From Balanoglossus misakiensis (lineage: Eukaryota; Animalia; Hemichordata): DNA of 64,000 nucleotides. The stretch's first letter is position 1. Each line of letters opens with the position of its first letter. Below the pieces are notes generated by a model, which was not told the origin of the DNA, made no database searches, and saw only the letters and a program-made list of their open reading frames with translations. Below are positions 39,401 through 52,578 of this stretch, one piece after another. The position numbers were made by a program, and so were the translations under genes. The stretch lies in contig CM082586.2 of NCBI GenBank assembly GCA_040954595.2, positions 1,803,124 to 1,867,123 on the forward strand. The letters are read 5' to 3'.

Positions 39401-42400
39401 GAGAATTTTTCGACTTTGCGAATTTTCAAAATTTGGTCGATTTTTGAAAAAACCATGGGTTATAGCTCAGGAAAATCATCAAAAAATGAGAATTTTTCGA
39501 CTTTGCGAATTTTCAAAATTTGGTCGATTTTTGAAAAAACCATGGGTTATAGCTCAGGAAAATCATCAAAAAATGAGAATTTTTCGACTTTGCGAATTTT
39601 CAAAATTTGGTCGATTTTTGAAAAAACCATGGGTTATAGCTCAGGAAAATCATCAAAAAATGAGAATTTTTCGACTTTGCGAATTTTCAAAATTTGGTCG
39701 ATTTTTGAAAAAACCATGGGTTATAGCTCAGGAAAATCATCAAAAAATGAGAATTTTTCGACTTTGCGAATTTTCAAAATTTGGTCGATTTTTGAAAAAA
39801 CCATGGGTTATAGCTCATGAAAATCATCCAGAAATGACAATTTTTCGACTTTGCGAATTTTCAAAATTTGGTCGATTTTTGAAAAAACCATGGGTTATAG
39901 CTCAGGAAAATCATCAAAAAATGAGAATTTTTCGACTTTGCGAATTTTCAAAATTTGGTCGATTTTTGAAAAAACCATGGGTTATAGCTGAGGAAAATCA
40001 TCAAAAAATGAGAATTTTCGACTTTGCGAATTTTCAAAATTTGGTCGATTTTTGAAAAACCATGGGTTATAGCTCAGGAAAATCATCAAAAAATGAGAAT
40101 TTTTCGACTTTGCGAATTTTCAAAATTTGGTCGATTTTTGAAAAAACCATGGGCTATAGCTCAGGAAAATCATCAAAAAATGAGAATTTTTCGACTTTGC
40201 GAATTTTCAAAATTTGGTCGATTTTTGAAAAAACCATGGGCTATAGCTCAGGAAAATCATCAAAAAATGAGAATTTTTCGACTTTGCGAATTTTCAAAAT
40301 TTGGTCGATTTTTGAAAAAACCATGGGCTATAGCTCAGGAAAATCATCAAAAAATGAGAATTTTTCGACTTTGCGAATTTTCAAAATTTGGTCGATTTTT
40401 GAAAAAACCATGGGCTATAGCTCAGGAAAATCATCAAAAAATGAGAATTTTTCGACTTTGCGAATTTTCAAAATTTGGTCGATTTTTGAAAAAACCCATG
40501 GGTTATAGCTCAGGAAAATCATCAAAAAATGAGAATTTTTCGACTTTGCGAATTTTCAAAATTTGGTCGATTTTTGAAAAAACCATGGGCTATAGCTCAG
40601 GAAAATCATCAAAAAATGAGAATTTTTCGACTTTGCGAATTTTCAAAATTTGGTCGATTTTTTGAAAAAACCATGGGCTATAGCTCAGGAAAATCATCAA
40701 AAAATGAGAATTTTTCGACTTTGCGAATTTTCAAAATTTGGTCGATTTTTGAAAAAACCATGGGCTATAGCTCAGGAAAATCATCAAAAAATGAGAATTT
40801 TTCGACTTTGCGAATTTTCAAAATTTGGTCGATTTTTGAAAAAACCATGGGCTATAGCTCAGGAAAATCATCAAAAAATGAGAATTTTTCGACTTTGCGA
40901 ATTTTCAAAATTTGGTCGATTTTTGAAAAAACCATGGGCTATAGCTCAGGAAATCATCAAAAAATGAGAATTTTTCGACTTTGCGAATTTTCAAAATTTG
41001 GTCGATTTTTGAAAAAACCATGGATTATAGCTCAGGAAAATCATCAAAAAATGAGAATTTTTCGACTTTGCGAATTTTCAAAATTTGGTCGATTTTTGAA
41101 AAAACCATGGGTTATAGCTCAGGAAAATCATCAAAAAATGAGAATTTTTCGACTTTGCGAATTTTCAAAATTTGGTCGATTTTTGAAAAAACCATGGGTT
41201 ATAGCTCAGGAAAATCATCAAAAAATGAGAATTTTTCGACTTTGCGAATTTTCAAAATTTGGTCGATTGTTGAAAAAACCATGGGTTATAGCTCAGGAAA
41301 ATCATCAAAAAATGAGAATTTTTCGACTTTTCGAATTTTCAAAATTTGGTCGATTTTTGAAAAAACCATGGGTTATAGCTCAGGAAAATCATCAAAAAAT
41401 GAGAATTTTTCGACTTTGCGAATTTTCAAAATTTGGTCGATTTTTGAAAAAACCATGGGTTATAGCTCAGGAAATCATCAAAAAATGAGAATTTTTCGAC
41501 TTTGCGAATTTTCAAAATTTGGTCGATTTTTGAAAAAACCATGGGTTATAGCTCAGGAAAATCATCAAAAAATGAGAATTTTTCGACTTTGCGAATTTTC
41601 AAAATTTGGTCGATTTTTGAAAAAACCATGGGTTATAGCTCAGGAAAATCATCAAAAAATGAGAATTTTTCGACTTTGCGAATTTTCAAAATTTGGTCGA
41701 TTTTTGAAAAAACCATGGGTTATAGCTCAGGAAAATCATCAAAAAATGAGAATTTTTCGACTTTGCGAATTTTCAAAATTTGGTCGATTTTTGAAAAAAC
41801 CATGGGTTATAGCTCAGGAAAATCATCAAAAAATGAGAATTTTTCGACTTTGCGAATTTTCAAAATTTGGTCGATTTTTGAAAAAACCATGGGTTATAGC
41901 TCAGGAAAATCATCAAAAAATGAGAATTTTTCGACTTTGCGAATTTTCAAAATTTGGTCGATTTTTGAAAAAACCATGGGTTATAGCTCAGGAAAATCAT
42001 CAAAAAATGAGAATTTTTCGACTTTACGAATTTTCAAAATTTGGTCGATTTTTGAAAAAACCATGGGCTATAGCTCAGGAAAATCATCAAAAAATGAGAA
42101 TTTTTCGACTTTGCGAATTTTCAAAATTTGGTCGATTTTTGAAAAAACCATGGGCTATAGCTCAGGAAAATCATCAAAAAATGAGAATTTTTCGACTTTG
42201 CGAATTTTCAAAATTTGGTCGATTTTTGAAAAAACCATGGGCTATAGCTCAGGAAAATCATCAAAAAATGAGAATTTTTCGACTTTGAGAATTTTCAAAA
42301 TTTGGTCGATTTTTGAAAAACCATGGATTATAGCTCAGGAAAATCATCAAAAAATGAGAATTTTTCGACTTTGCGAATTTTCAAAATTTGGTCGATTTTT

Positions 42401-42998
42401 GAAAAAACCATGGGTTATAGCTCAGGAAAATCATCAAAAAATGAGAATTTTTCGACTTTGCGAATTTTCAAAATTTGGTCGATTTTTGAAAAAACCATGG
42501 GTTATAGCTCAGGAAAATCATCAAAAAATGAGAATTTTTCGACTTTGCGAATTTTCAAAATTTGGTCGATTTTTGAAAAAACCATGGGCTATAGCTCAGG
42601 AAAATCATCAAAAAATGAGAATTTTTCGACTTTGCGAATTTTCAAAATTTGGTCGATTTTTGAAAAAACCATGGGCTATAGCTCAGGAAAATCATCAAAA
42701 AATGAGAATTTTTCGACTTTGAGAATTTTCAAAATTTGGTCGATTTTTGAAAAACCATGGATTATAGCTCAGGAAAATCATCAAAAAATGAGAATTTTTC
42801 GACTTTGCGAATTTTCAAAATTTGGTCGATTTTTGAAAAAACCATGGGTTATAGCTCAGGAAAATCATCAAAAAATGAGAATTTTTCGACTTTGCGAATT
42901 TTCAAAATTTGGTCGATTTTTGAAAAAACCATGGGTTATAGCTCAGGAAAATCATCAAAAAATGAGAATTTTTCGACTTTGCGAATTTTCAAAATTTG
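27468..42998. repeat. Satellite array, type A: 87-bp unit, about 178 copies
   Basis: Unit ccatgggttatagctcaggaaaatcatcaaaaaatgagaatttttcgactttgcgaattttcaaaatttggtcgatttttgaaaaaa repeated head to tail. Copy number estimated as span divided by unit length. Confidence 0.98.
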
Positions 42999-45900
42999 GT
43001 GATTTTTTGATAAAAACCATGGGTTATAGCTCATGAAAATCATCCAGAAATGACAATTTTTCGACTTTGCGAATTTTCGAAATTTGGTGATTTTTTGATA
43101 AAAACCATGGGTTATAGCTCATGAAAACCATCCAGAAATGACAATTTTTCGACTTTGCGAATTTTCGAAATTTGGTGATTTTTTGATAAAAACCATGGGT
43201 TATAGCTCATGAAAATCACCCAGAAATGACAAATTTTCGACTTTGCGAATTTTCGAAATTTGGTGGTTTTCTGACAAAAACCATGGGTTATAGCTCATGA
43301 AAATCACCCAGAAATGACAATTTTTCGACTTTGCGAATTTTCGAAATTTGGTGGTTTTCTGACAAAAACCATGGGTTATAGCTCAGGAAAATCATCAAAA
43401 AATGAGAATTTTTCGACGTTGCGAATTTTCAAAATTTGGTCGATTTTTGAAAAAACCATGGGTTATAGCTCAGGAAAATCATCAAAAAATGACAATATTT
43501 GGACTTTGCGAATTTTCGAAATTTGGTGGTTTTCTGACTAAAACCATGGGTTATAGCTCATGAAAATCATCCAGAAATGACAATTTTTCGACTTTGCGAA
43601 TTTTCGAAATTTGGTGGTTTTCTGACAAAAACCATGGGTTATAGCTCATGAAAATCATCCAGAAATGACAATTTTTCGACTTTGCGAATTTTCGAAATTT
43701 GGTGGTTTTCTGACAAAAACCATGGGTTATAGCTCATGAAAATCATCCAGAAATGACAATTTTTCGACTTTGCGAATTTTCGAAATTTGGTGGTTTTCTG
43801 ACAAAAACCATGGGTTATAGCTCATGAAAATCATCCAGAAATGACAATTTTTCGACTTTGCGAATTTTCGAAATTTGGTGGTTTTCTGACAAAAACCATG
43901 GGTTATAGCTCATGAAAATCATCCAGAAATGACAATTTTTCGACTTTGCGAATTTTCGAAATTTGGTGGTTTTCTGACAAAAACCATGGGTTATAGCTCA
44001 TGAAAATCATCCAGAAATGACAATTTTTCGACTTTGCGAATTTTCGAAATTTGGTGGTTTTCTGACAAAAACCATGGGTTATAGCTCATGAAAATCATCC
44101 AGAAATGACAATTTTTCGACTTTGCGAATTTTCGAAATTTGGTGGTTTTCTGACAAAAACCATGGGTTATAGCTCATGAAAATCATCCAGAAATGACAAT
44201 TTTTCGACTTTGCGAATTTTCGAAATTTGGTGGTTTTCTGACGAAAACCATGGGTTATAGCTCATGAAAATCATCCAGAAATGACAATTTTTCGACTTTG
44301 CGAATTTTCGAAATTTGGTGGTTTTCTGACGAAAACCATGGGTTATAGCTCATGAAAATCATCCAGAAATGACAATTTTTCGACTTTGCGAATTTTCGAA
44401 ATTTGGTGGTTTTCTGACGAAAACCATGGGTTATAGCTCATGAAAATCATCCAGAAATGACAATTTTTCGACTTTGCGAATTTTCGAAATTTGGTGGTTT
44501 TCTGACAAAAACCATGGGTTATAGCTCATGAAAATCATCCAGAAATGACAATTTTTCGACTTTGCGAATTTTCGAAATTTGGTGGTTTTCTGACAAAAAC
44601 CATGGGTTATAGCTCATGAAAATCATCCAGAAATGACAATTTTTCGACTTTGCGAATTTTCGAAATTTGGTGGTTTTCTGACAAAAACCATGGGTTATAG
44701 CTCATGAAAATCATCCAGAAATGACAATTTTTCGACTTTGCGAATTTTCGAAATTTGGTGGTTTTCTGACAAAAACCATGGGTTATAGCTCATGAAAATC
44801 ATCCAGAAATGACAATTTTTCGACTTTGCGAATTTTCGAAATTTGGTGGTTTTCTGACAAAAACCATGGGTTATAGCTCATGAAAATCATCCAGAAATGA
44901 CAATTTTTCGACTTTGCGAATTTACGAAATTTGGTGGTTTTCTGACAAAAACCATGGGTTATAGCTCATGAAAATCATCCAGAAATGACAATTTTTCGAC
45001 TTTGCGAATTTTCGAAATTTGGTGGTTTTCTGACAAAAATCATGGGTTATAGCTCATGAAAATCATCCAGAAATGACAATTTTTCGACTTTGCGAATTTT
45101 CGAAATTTGGTGGTTTTCTGACAAAAACCATGGGTTATAGCTCATGAAAATCACCCAGAAATGACAATTTTTCGACTTTGCGAATTTTCGAAATTTGGTG
45201 GTTTTCTGACAAAAACCATGGGTTATAGCTCATGAAAATCATCCAGAAATGACAATTTTTCGACTTTGCGAATTTTCGAAATTTGGTGGTTTTCTGACAA
45301 AAACCATGGGTTATAGCTCATGAAAATCATCCAGAAATGACAATTTTTCGACTTTGCGAATTTTCGAAATTTGGTGGTTTTCTGACAAAAACCATGGGTT
45401 ATAGCTCATGAAAATCATCCAGAAATGACAATTTTTCGACTTTGCGAATTTTCGAAATTTGGTGATTTTTTGATAAAAACCATGGGTTATAGCGCATGAA
45501 AATCATCCAGAAATGACAATTTTTCGACTTTGCGAATTTTCGAAATTTGGTGATTTTTTGATAAAAACCATGGGTTATAACTCATGAAAATCATCCAGAA
45601 ATGACAATTTTTCGACTTTTTTGAATTTTCGAAATTTGGTGATTTTTTGATAAAAACCATGGGTTATAGCTCATGAAAATCATCCAGAAATGACAATTTT
45701 TCGACTTTTTTGAATTTTCGAAATTTGGTGATTTTTTGATAAAAACCATGGGTTATAGCTCATGAAAACCATCCAGAAATGACAATTTTTCGACTTTGCG
45801 AATTTTCGAAATTTGGTGATTTTTTGATAAAAACCATGGGTTATAGTTCATGAAAATCACCCAGAAATGACAAATTTTCGACTTTGCGAATTTTCGAAAT

Positions 45901-48900
45901 TTGGTGGTTTTCTGACAAAAACCATGGGTTATAGCTCATGAAAATCACCCAGAAATGACAATTTTTCGACTTTGCGAATTTTCGAAATTTGGTGGTTTTC
46001 TGACAAAAACCATGGGTTATAGCTCATGAAAATCATCCAGAAATGACAATTTTTCGACTTTGCGAATTTTCGAAATTTGGTGATTTTTTGATAAAAACCA
46101 TGGGTTATAGCGCATGAAAATCATCCAGAAATGACAATTTTTCGACTTTGCGAATTTTCGAAATTTGGTGATTTTTTGATAAAAACCATGGGTTATAACT
46201 CATGAAAATCATCCAGAAATGACAATTTTTCGACTTTTTTGAATTTTCGAAATTTGGTGATTTTTTGATAAAAACCATGGGTTATAGCTCATGAAAATCA
46301 TCCAGAAATGACAATTTTTCGACTTTTTTGAATTTTCGAAATTTGGTGATTTTTTGATAAAAACCATGGGTTATAGCTCATGAAAACCATCCAGAAATGA
46401 CAATTTTTCGACTTTGCGAATTTTCGAAATTTGGTGATTTTTTGATAAAAACCATGGGTTATAGTTCATGAAAATCACCCAGAAATGACAAATTTTCGAC
46501 TTTGCGAATTTTCGAAATTTGGTGGTTTTCTGACAAAAACCATGGGTTATAGCTCATGAAAATCACCCAGAAATGACAATTTTTCGACTTTGCGAATTTT
46601 CAAAATTTGGTGGTTTTCTGACAAAAACCATGGGTTATAGCTCAGGAAAATCATCAAAAAATGAGAATTTTTCGACTTTGCGAATTTTCAAAATTTGGTC
46701 GATTTTTGAAAAAACCATGGGTTATAGCTCAGGAAAATCATCAAAAAATGACAATATTTGGACTTTGCGAATTTTCGAAATTTGGTGGTTTTCTGACAAA
46801 AACCATAGGTTATAGCTCATGAAAATCATCCAGAAATGACAATTTTTCGACTTTGCGAATTTTCGAAATTTGGTGGTTTTCTGACTAAAACCATGGGTTA
46901 TAGCTCATGAAAATCATCCAGAAATGACAATTTTTCGACTTTGCGAATTTTCGAAATTTGGTGGTTTTCTGACAAAAACCATGGGTTATAGCTCATGAAA
47001 ATCATCCAGAAATGACAATTTTTCGACTTTGCGAATTTTCGAAATTTGGTGGTTTTCTGACAAAAACCATGGGTTATAGCTCATGAAAATCATCCAGAAA
47101 TGACAATTTTTCGACTTTGCGAATTTTCGAAATTTGGTGGTTTTCTGACAAAAACCATGGGTTATAGCTCATGAAAATCATCCAGAAATGACAATTTTTC
47201 GACTTTGCGAATTTTCGAAATTTGGTGGTTTTCTGACAAAAACCATGGGTTATAGCTCATGAAAATCATCCAGTAATGACAATTTTTCGACTTTGCGAAT
47301 TTTCGAAATTTGGTGGTTTTCTGACAAAAACCATGGGTTATAGCTCATGAAAATCATCCAGAAATGACAATTTTTCGACTTTGCGAATTTTCGAAATTTG
47401 GTGGTTTTCTGACAAAAACCATGGGTTATAGCTCATGAAAATCATCCAGAAATGACAATTTTTCGACTTTGCGAATTTTCGAAATTTGGTGGTTTTCTGA
47501 CAAAAACCATGGGTTATAGCTCATGAAAATCATCCAGAAATGACAATTTTTCGACTTTGCGAATTTTCGAAATTTGGTGGTTTTCTGACAAAAATCATGG
47601 GTTATAGCTCATGAAAATCATCCAGAAATGACAATTTTTCGACTTTGCGAATTTTCGAAATTTGGTGGTTTTCTGACAAAAACCATGGGTTATAGCTCAT
47701 GAAAATCATCCAGAAATGACAATTTTTCGACTTTGCGAATTTTCGAAATTTGGTGGTTTTCTGACAAAAATCATGGGTTATAGCTCATGAAAATCATCCA
47801 GAAATGACAATTTTACGACTTTGCGAATTTTCGAAATTTGGTGGTTTTCTGACAAAAACCATGGGTTATAGCTCATGAAAATCATCCAGAAATGACAATT
47901 TTTCGACTTTGCGAATTTTCGAAATTTGGTGGTTTTCTGACAAAAACCATGGGTTATAGCTCATGAAAATCATCCAGAAATGACAATTTTTCGACTTTGC
48001 GAATTTTCGAAATTTGGTGGTTTTCTGACAAAAACCATGGGTTATAGCTCATGAAAATCATCCAGAAATGACAATTTTTCGACTTTGCGAATTTTCGAAA
48101 TTTGGTGGTTTTCTGACAAAAACCATGGGTTATAGCTCATGAAAATCATCCAGAAATGACAATTTTTCGACTTTGCGAATTTTCGAAATTTGGTGGTTTT
48201 CTGACAAAAACCATGGGTTATAGCTCATGAAAATCATCCAGAAATGACAATTTTTCGACTTTGCGAATTTTCGAAATTTGGTGGTTTTCTGACAAAAACC
48301 ATGGGTTATAGCTCATGAAAATCATCCAGAAATGACAATTTTTCGACTTTGCGAATTTTCGAAATTTGGTGGTTTTCTGACAAAAACCATGGGTTATAGC
48401 TCATGAAAATCATCCAGAAATGACAATTTTTCGACTTTGCGAATTTTCGAAATTTGGTGGTTTTCTGACAAAAACCATGGGTTATAGCTCATGAAAATCA
48501 TCCAGAAATGACAATTTTTCGACTTTGCGAATTTTCGAAATTTGGTGGTTTTCTGACAAAAACCATGGGTTATAGCTCATGAAAATCATCCAGAAATGAC
48601 AATTTTTTGACTTTGCGAATTTTCGAAATTTGGTGGTTTTCTGACAAAAACCATGGGTTATAGCTCATGAAAATCATCCAGAAATGACAATTTTTCGACT
48701 TTGCGAATTTTCGAAATTTGGTGGTTTTCTGACAAAAACCATGGGTTATAGCTCATGAAAATCATCCAGAAATGACAATTTTTCGACTTTGCGAATTTTC
48801 GAAATTTGGTGGTTTTCTGACAAAAACCATGGGTTATAGCTCATGAAAATCATCCAGAAATGACAATTTTTCGACTTTGCGAATTTTCGAAATTTGGTGG

Positions 48901-51900
48901 TTTTCTGACAAAAACCATGGGTTATAGCTCATGAAAATCATCCAGAAATGACAATTTTTCGACTTTGCGAATTTTCGAAATTTGGTGGTTTTCTGACAAA
49001 AACCATGGGTTATAGCTCATGAAAATCATCCAGAAATGACAATTTTTCGACTTTGCGAATTTTCGAAATTTGGTGGTTTTCTGACAAAAACCATGGGTTA
49101 TAGCTCATGAAAATCATCCAGAAATGACAATTTTTCGACTTTGCGAATTTTCGAAATTTGGTGGTTTTCTGACAAAAACCATGGGTTATAGCTCATGAAA
49201 ATCATCCAGAAATGACAATTTTTCGACTTTGCGAATTTTCGAAATTTGGTGGTTTTCTGACAAAAACCATGGGTTATAGCTCATGAAAATCATCCAGAAA
49301 TGACAATTTTTCGACTTTGCGAATTTTCGAAATTTGGTGGTTTTCTGACAAAAACCATGGGTTATAGCTCATGAAAATCATCCAGAAATGACAATTTTTC
49401 GACTTTGCGAATTTTCGAAATTTGGTGGTTTTCTGACAAAAATCATGGGTTATAGCTCATGAAAATCATCCAGAAATGACAATTTTTCGACTTTGCGAAT
49501 TTTCGAAATTTGGTGGTTTTCTGACAAAAACCATGGGTTATAGCTCATGAAAATCACCCAGAAATGACAATTTTTCGACTTTGCGAATTTTCGAAATTTG
49601 GTGGTTTTCTGACAAAAACCATGGGTTATAGCTCATGAAAATCATCCAGAAATGACAATTTTTCGACTTTGCGAATTTTCGAAATTTGGTGGTTTTCTGA
49701 CAAAAACCATGGGTTATAGCTCATGAAAATCACCCAGAAATGAGAATTTTTCGACTTTGCGAATTTTCGAAATTTGGTGGTTTTCTGACAAAAACCATGG
49801 GTTATAGCTCATGAAAATCACCCAGAAATGAGAATTTTTCGACTTTGCGAATTTTCGAAATTTGATGGTTTTCTGACAAAAACCATGGGTTATAGCTCAT
49901 GAAAATCACCCAGAAATGACAATTTTTCGACTTTGCGAATTTTCGAAATTTGGTGGTTTTCTGACAAAAACCATGGGTTATAGCTCATGAAAATCATCCA
50001 GAAATGACAATTTTTCGACTTTGCGAATTTTCGAAATTTGGTGGTTTTCTGACAAAAACCATGGGTTATAGCTCATGAAAATCATCCAGAAATGACAATT
50101 TTTCGTCTTTGCGAATTTTCGAAATTTGGTGGTTTTCTGACAAAAACCATGGGTTATAGCTCATGAAAATCATCCAGAAATGACAATTTTTCGACTTTGC
50201 GAATTTTCGAAATTTGGTGGTTTTCTGACAAAAACCATGGGTTATAGCTCATGAAAATCATCCAGAAATGACAATTTTTCGACTTTGCGAATTTTCGAAA
50301 TTTGGTGGTTTTCTGACAAAAACCATGGGTTATAGCTCATGAAAATCATCCAGAAATGACAATTTTTCGACTTTGCGAATTTTCGAAATTTGGTGGTTTT
50401 CTGACAAAAACCATGGGTTATAGCTCATGAAAATCATCCAGAAATGACAATTTTTCGACTTTGCGAATTTTCGAAATTTGGTGGTTTTCTGACAAAAACC
50501 ATGGGTTATAGCTCATGAAAATCATCCAGAAATGACAATTTTTCGACTTTGCGAATTTTCGAAATTTGGTGGTTTTCTGACAAAAACCATGGGTTATAGC
50601 TCATGAAAATCACCCAGAAATGAGAATTTTTCGACTTTGCGAATTTTCGAAATTTGGTGGTTTTCTGACAAAAACCATGGGTTATAGCTCATGAAAATCA
50701 CCCAGAAATGAGAATTTTTCGACTTTGCGAATTTTCGAAATTTGGTGGTTTTCTGACAAAAACCATGGGTTATAGCTCATGAAAATCACCCAGAAATGAC
50801 AATTTTTCGACTTTGCGAATTTTCGAAATTTGGTGGTTTTCTGACAAAAACCATGGGTTATAGCTCATGAAAATCATCCAGAAATGACAATTTTTCGACT
50901 TTGCGAATTTTCGAAATTTGGTGGTTTTCTGACAAAAACCATGGGTTATAGCTCATGAAAATCATCCAGAAATGACAATTTTTCGACTTTGCGAATTTTC
51001 GAAATTTGGTGGTTTTCTGACAAAAACCATGGGTTATAGCTCATGAAAATCATCCAGAAATGACAATTTTTCGACTTTGCGAATTTTCGAAATTTGGTGG
51101 TTTTCTGACAAAAACCATGGGTTATAGCTCATGAAAATCATCCAGAAATGACAATTTTTCGACTTTGCGAATTTTCGAAATTTGGTGGTTTTCTGACAAA
51201 AACCATGGGTTATAGCTCATGAAAATCATCCAGAAATGACAATTTTTCGACTTTGCGAATTTTCGAAATTTGGTGGTTTTCTGACAAAAACCATGGGTTA
51301 TAGCTCATGAAAATCACCCAGAAATGAGAATTTTTCGACTTTGCGAATTTTCGAAATTTGGTGGTTTTCTGACAAAAACCATGGGTTATAGCTCATGAAA
51401 ATCACCCAGAAATGAGAATTTTTCGACTTTGCGAATTTTCGAAATTTGGTGGTTTTCTGACAAAAACCATGGGTTATAGCTCATGAAAATCACCCAGAAA
51501 TGACAATTTTTCGACTTTGCGAATTTTCGAAATTTGGTGGTTTTCTGACAAAAACCATGGGTTATAGCTCATGAAAATCATCCAGAAATGACAATTTTTC
51601 GACTTTGCGAATTTTCGAAATTTGGTGGTTTTCTGACAAAAACCATGGGTTATAGCTCATGAAAATCATCCAGAAATGACAATTTTTCGACTTTGCGAAT
51701 TTTCGAAATTTGGTGGTTTTCTGACAAAAACCATGGGTTATAGCTCATGAAAATCATCCAGAAATGACAATTTTTCGACTTTGCGAATTTTCGAAATTTG
51801 GTGGTTTTCTGACAAAAACCATGGGTTATAGCTCATGAAAATCATCCAGAAATGACAATTTTTCGACTTTGCGAATTTTCGAAATTTGGTGGTTTTCTGA

Positions 51901-52050
51901 CAAAAACCATGGGTTATAGCTCATGAAAATCATCCAGAAATGACAATTTTTCGACTTTGCGAATTTTCGAAATTTGGTGGTTTTCTGACAAAAACCATGG
52001 GTTATAGCTCATGAAAATCATCCAGAAATGACAATTTTTCGACTTTGCGA
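42999..52050. repeat. Satellite array, type B: 88-bp unit, about 103 copies
   Basis: Unit ccatgggttatagctcatgaaaatcatccagaaatgacaatttttcgactttgcgaattttcgaaatttggtggttttctgacaaaaa; same family as type A with linked diagnostic changes. Confidence 0.98.
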
Positions 52051-52360
52051 ATTTTCAAAATTTCGTCGATTTTTGAAAAAACCATGGGTTATAGCTCAGG
52101 AAAATCATCAAAAAATGAGAATTTTTTCGACTTTGCGAATTTTCAAAATTTCGTCGATTTTTGAAAAAACCATGGGTTATAGCTCAGGAAAATCATCAAA
52201 AAATGACAAATTCCCGACCTTGCCAACTTTGGAGATTTTTCACTGGTTATAGCTTATAAATATTGTCAAAAAATGACAAAGTCCTGCCTTTGTTAATGTT
52301 GGCATATTTATGTCATATGGATGTGTAATAACTCATAAACGCTCATAAAAATGACGAGAT
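52051..52360. repeat. Terminal type-A units and progressively degenerate copies of the satellite
   Basis: Two A-like units, then ggttatagcttataaatattgtcaaaaaatgacaaa and gtaataactcataaacgctcataaaaatgacga, which still align by eye to the unit. Confidence 0.75.
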
Positions 52361-52578
52361 CTTGACGCAGTTGTTTTTAATCATTTTTGCATATTAAAAC
52401 TTTATTAAGTGCATGTGTTTTTATTTCGAATATCACAATGTCAATTGTTGTTAATTTTGAACCATAAATAGATTTTACTGTTAACTTATCTTCGTCCGTT
52501 CTTGTCGTCTGGCGTTCGAGGCAGGCATCCGTCAGGTTTTTGTCTTGTTACCGTTTATTTTTTTCAGGGGTAAACACG

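Noticed and set aside
27469-43541. Long repetitive ORFs as real protein-coding genes
   Set aside because: They follow from an 87-bp (3n) unit; frames are broken freely by indels and stops, and there is no splice or domain evidence.
27468-52220. CRISPR array
   Set aside because: The units are contiguous near-identical monomers with no unique spacers, there are no cas genes, and the context is eukaryotic.
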